A DNA stretch of 62,997 nucleotides, counting the filler, from an uncultured Methanosarcinales archaeon (lineage in GTDB: Archaea; Nanobdellota; Nanobdellia; Woesearchaeales; CAIVOO01), in assembly GCA_964485195.1 (NCBI GenBank). It is 3 parts of 3 records of this genome, joined end to end, with 100 filler letters (N's around TTAATTAATTAA, not from the genome) between each part and the next. Parts side by side here need not be neighbours in the genome. Positions count along the whole stretch, not along the records: positions 50,414 to 62,997 come from CAZAIK010000013.1; 2 more parts are not named here. One strand, written 5' to 3'. The notes under the pieces are model-generated. The model made no database searches, had not been told where the DNA came from, and saw only the letters and a program-made list of their open reading frames with translations. Made by a program: the position numbers and the translations under genes. This document shows positions 59,498-62,997 of this stretch, one piece after another. The stretch's first letter is position 1; each line of letters starts with the position of its first letter.

Positions 59498-61324
59498 TTA
59501 TCCACCTCTTTTTTCCAGGGCCTGGTTGTGTGCATTTATGTAATTGTTTACAAGCATCTTCCAGTCTGCCAGCGAGGCAAGCCTTCTTGCCTCTATCTTG
59601 TTGTCTGTTCTTCCGGAAGTGTCCAGGCTGGAATAATAGTCAAATATGTTGTATAATTCTTCCACCATCTCATCCTCAGACTTCTCCCTTATCTTCGCCA
59701 CCCATATCCCTTTCTCTTTCTTGGGATCGCAATGCTCGGCTGTGCATATCTCCTCAGGCCTTGTGTTGTTAATGAACTGGCCGAAGCCCGCCATGTCGGT
59801 GGTGATTGACGCAACTCCCAATGCTCCTGCCTCAAGGGGCGTGTAGCCCCAGGGTTCGTATCTTGAGGGGAAAACCCCAAGATGCCCGCCTATGATTGTT
59901 TCATAATAGTCAAGGTTCAGGAGCCCGTCAGCGCCTGTTAGATATACAGGGTAAAAGACAGCCTTCACATTGTCATCGGGAAGGTTGTCAAGCCCCACTT
60001 CCTGCAGCAGGTTTTTTATGGCGTCAGATTCGGGGTTTGCAAGTTCGTGCGTGCAGATGTCAGGGTTGCCCTTTTTTGAAAATCTCAATACCTTTCTCTT
60101 GACATTGCTAAGAAAATCCTCAGGAAAAATATTTTCCTTTACCAGCTTTTCCTGGGAAACAAGAGTTACCAAAATCCTGTTTCTTATGTCCTCCTTGCTG
60201 TTGTCCACGCTTTCCCTTATGTCCTCATAATAATCCTTGTTCTCCACCAGCTCAAACCTTATGGACTTTACCTGCGTTGGAACAAAGAGAAAACCCACTA
60301 CAATCTTGTCAGATTCCTTTTCCTTCAGCTTGTCGTTTAATTTGGCAAGTGCTTTTATGAAAACATCAATTCCCTTGTTCTTGAACTCGTATCTTGAGAA
60401 GGTAAAGAAGATTAAGGCTTCGTCAAGGTTGAAAGAGCCGTAAGGGAAAAAATTGTAAAGCATAAACTCCTTTATCCTGAATTTCATTTCCTTGTGCTTA
60501 ATGGAAGCCCCTTCAAAAGTGGGAAAACTGTCCATGTCCAGCCCGTTGGGAAGCAGTATGTCTGGCTTTTTCTTCAACAGGTGCTCTGCCTCAGTGCCTG
60601 TCACTTCAGATACTGTGGTGAAAACATCTGCATTGTGCGCAGCTGCCTTTTCCAGCTGGTATTTCGTGGGGATCCCGTAATTATACGCTTCCTTGTCAGG
60701 ATCTATCTTGCCAAGCACTTCAAAAAGCTCTTTATTGGAAGATACTGACCTTCCAAGGATGGTTGCGTGGGTTGTGAAAACACAGGGAATCTCTGTATTC
60801 TTTTTCAGGCACAGAATGCCTGCAGAGCTTAGCCATTCGTGGAAATGTGCAACTATCTTTTTATCTTTGAATGCTGATGAAAGCTTTTCAATCGCAAGGC
60901 CTGTGGCGTAAGCCCACACCATTGGTTCTGTGACGTCGCGGGGCGAATTGAGAGAGTCTATCTGGAACCAGTCCCATAATTTCTTTTTTATGTCGTTAGT
61001 CTGTGAATAAAAACCTTCAAAATCCAGAAGTATGGTGTTTGGCTCTCCCTTTATCAGCCATTTGCCGAAGTGGCATGCAATTCCCATTTCTTTCAGCTCT
61101 TCAGATGCCTGCTTGAAATTGTCAGGCACAGAGGTTTCCTGAAATTCTCCCATTACTTTTTGATGAAAGAAGGGGCCTATGCAGAAATAATTTTCCTTGC
61201 CGTAATGGTTTATCATCTGCTGCGCCTTTGAGGATATGACAGTGTAGATTCCTCCCACCTTGTTGCATATTTCCCACGAAGATTCAAATAGAATATCTGC
61301 CTTTTTCTCCGCCTCTTTTGCCAT
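59498..61324 (-). CDS. GT3 glycogen synthase (fungal/animal-type family)
   Basis: WEICNKVGGIYTV, HFHEW, FTTHAT.LGR, RYEFKNKG, PSRYEPWGYTPLE. Confidence 0.93.
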   Translation of the reverse strand: MAKEAEKKADILFESSWEICNKVGGIYTVISSKAQQMINHYGKENYFCIGPFFHQKVMGEFQETSVPDNFKQASEELKEMGIACHFGKWLIKGEPNTILLDFEGFYSQTNDIKKKLWDWFQIDSLNSPRDVTEPMVWAYATGLAIEKLSSAFKDKKIVAHFHEWLSSAGILCLKKNTEIPCVFTTHATILGRSVSSNKELFEVLGKIDPDKEAYNYGIPTKYQLEKAAAHNADVFTTVSEVTGTEAEHLLKKKPDILLPNGLDMDSFPTFEGASIKHKEMKFRIKEFMLYNFFPYGSFNLDEALIFFTFSRYEFKNKGIDVFIKALAKLNDKLKEKESDKIVVGFLFVPTQVKSIRFELVENKDYYEDIRESVDNSKEDIRNRILVTLVSQEKLVKENIFPEDFLSNVKRKVLRFSKKGNPDICTHELANPESDAIKNLLQEVGLDNLPDDNVKAVFYPVYLTGADGLLNLDYYETIIGGHLGVFPSRYEPWGYTPLEAGALGVASITTDMAGFGQFINNTRPEEICTAEHCDPKKEKGIWVAKIREKSEDEMVEELYNIFDYYSSLDTSGRTDNKIEARRLASLADWKMLVNNYINAHNQALEKRGG

Positions 61325-61660
61325 GCTTTGCTTTTATTGCTTCTTTTATAAATAGGTTTCTATACCATCCCAAAGGAAAAACAAGCCTTTTATGGCCCTA
61401 TGATGTAACCATTTTGATACTATCATCTTTACATAAGCAGGTTATTTTTCTTCCTTGGTCGTATTATAATAAGAATCTTTTAACTATAAAGCACATATTT
61501 AATAGAGGGTGTGACTATTTTAAACCTATAATGCAACCAAAAAACCAAACCTTTATAAAGAGTAAAAGGTTATTGCCAAAAAGACACTAAAAATTCCATA
61601 AACAGAATTTTGGTGTTTCAAAAACCAATTAGGACAAAAAAAGAGGCAGAAGTTTTTGAA

Positions 61661-61966
61661 ATGGCGAAAAAAAGAAAATTCTCAGAAATAAGGGAGATAC
61701 TTCTGGTTACACTTTCCAAGGGAAAGAAAACCCTTAACACGCTTGCAAAAGAGGCAGGCGTTAACTGGAAAACAACAGACAATCACTTAACTTATCTCAT
61801 GGGCAAAGGCCTTGTCAAGGAAGTTTTCTCAAGCCCTTACGCAAGGATATTTGAATTGACAGAAAAGGGAAGGGAAGTGGTTGAAGAGCTCTATCCAAAA
61901 GGCATGCTGAAGTTCGTGAAAAAAGAGGACAAAAATGGAAAAGGAGGCAATGTACTGATACTATGA
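61661..61966 (+). CDS. winged-helix (ArsR-like) regulator
   Basis: LAKEAGVNWKTT..HL..L...GLV....ELTEKG; GAGG upstream; coupled to the GT4 gene. Confidence 0.8.
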   Translation: MAKKRKFSEIREILLVTLSKGKKTLNTLAKEAGVNWKTTDNHLTYLMGKGLVKEVFSSPYARIFELTEKGREVVEELYPKGMLKFVKKEDKNGKGGNVLIL

Positions 61967-62997
61967 AGGTGCTGATGTTCGGATGGGAATTTGCACCCAT
62001 TTACAGCGGAGGACTTGGCATAGCGTGCGCAGGCCTGACCAAGGGTCTCGTCAAGAAAGGGGCAGACATAACGTTTGTGATACCAAAGAAAAAGGGAGAT
62101 GAAAAAACGCACGTCAATCTTGTGTCTGCTGCTGAGATGATGAAGAAGGTGAAAACAATAACTGTTGACTCTCCCATAACTCCTTATGCTACTGAAAGTT
62201 CATATAAACAGGTGATGCATAAGATGCGGAACCAGAATCAGAAGTTTTCAGACAACCTTTACGGAACCGACCTGTTCCAGGAAGTCCTGCGATATGCCGA
62301 GGCGGCAAAAAACATTGCTGAGGAAGAGGATTTTGAGGTAATACACGCGCACGACTGGCCGGCATTCAAGGCGGGAATGAATGCCAAGAAGGTTAGCAGG
62401 AAACCATTGGTTCTGCACGTGCACGCCACTGAATTTGACAGGACAGGGGGCAACGGGGTGAACCAGCAGGTATATGACATTGAGAGGGAAGGAATGCATT
62501 ATGCAGACAAGGTTATAACAGTCAGCAATTTCACAAAAAACCTTGTTATGACACATTACGGAATCTCCGATGAAAAAATAGAAGTAGTGCACAACGCAGT
62601 AGACTTTGATAACATTTGCGATGTTGATGTCCCGAGAATAACCGAAGATGACAAGATTGTTTTGTTCCTCGGGAGGATAACACTGCAAAAGGGCCCTGAT
62701 TATTTCGTGGAAATGGCAAAAAAGGTGGCAGATTCCGTGCCTGAGGCAAAATTCATAGTCGCAGGCTCTGGGGACATGGAAGCAAGAATGATAATGAGGG
62801 CTGCTGAGCTGGGAATAGGGAACAAAATGTTGTTCGCAGGATTCCTGAGGGGCGATGACATAATAAGGGCTTACAAGATGGCCAATGTTTACGTAATGCC
62901 TTCTGTTTCAGAGCCCTTTGGATTGACGCCCCTTGAAGCCATAAAGAACGGCACCCCCGCAATAATCTCAAAGCAGTCAGGGGTTTCAGAAATATTA
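61963..62997 (+). CDS. GT4 glycosyltransferase of glycogen-cluster type, runs off the window end (not in the ORF track)
   Basis: MKVLMFGWEF.P..SGGLG, HAHDW, HVHATEFDR, MPSVSEPFGLTPLEA. Confidence 0.92.
   Translation, partial: MKVLMFGWEFAPIYSGGLGIACAGLTKGLVKKGADITFVIPKKKGDEKTHVNLVSAAEMMKKVKTITVDSPITPYATESSYKQVMHKMRNQNQKFSDNLYGTDLFQEVLRYAEAAKNIAEEEDFEVIHAHDWPAFKAGMNAKKVSRKPLVLHVHATEFDRTGGNGVNQQVYDIEREGMHYADKVITVSNFTKNLVMTHYGISDEKIEVVHNAVDFDNICDVDVPRITEDDKIVLFLGRITLQKGPDYFVEMAKKVADSVPEAKFIVAGSGDMEARMIMRAAELGIGNKMLFAGFLRGDDIIRAYKMANVYVMPSVSEPFGLTPLEAIKNGTPAIISKQSGVSEIL

Noticed and set aside
61318..61590. 90-aa ORF between the GT3 and wHTH genes
   Set aside because: AT-rich divergent promoter region, atypical composition, no RBS
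1..62997. Diversity-generating retroelement or prophage
   Set aside because: No reverse transcriptase, adenine-variant repeat pair, capsid, terminase or portal gene recognised

Overview
The window looks like a small-genome DPANN archaeon, probably Woesearchaeota/Pacearchaeota-like. This is inferred from BRE/TATA promoters with leaderless genes, class III signal peptides, a Dph2 fragment, a KaiC-like ATPase and an S-layer-type protein. It is not one continuous molecule: there is a 100-N gap inside a tandem repeat (21458-21557) and two artificial N44-TTAATTAATTAA-N44 joins (27464-27563, 50314-50413). Segment 1 has a coupled cluster of prepilin-like paralogs and large Cys-rich secreted proteins around metG, a putative S-layer gene, an uncharacterised 522 aa / 184 aa / metal-TIM-barrel / MNT-HEPN module, and small secreted fibre-like genes. 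Segment 2 has an AbrB-like plus KaiC-like pair, heptose-7-P kinase, class I GAPDH, an AT-rich glycosylation island with a GT9, ppsA with a 409-aa LAGLIDADG intein, a GILT/DsbA-like lipoprotein and a mini-Dph2. Segment 3 has a Xer-type recombinase and a glycogen cluster (GH15, debranching enzyme, PGM/PMM, GalT, GT3, GT4) interrupted by small orphan genes. The best candidates for undescribed biology are the surface/host-contact cluster, the TIM-barrel/MNT-HEPN module with an RBS-occluding 50-bp repeat, the KaiC-linked fibre module and archaeal heptosylation. No rRNA, tRNA or CRISPR array was seen. All calls come from reading motifs by eye; no searches were run.
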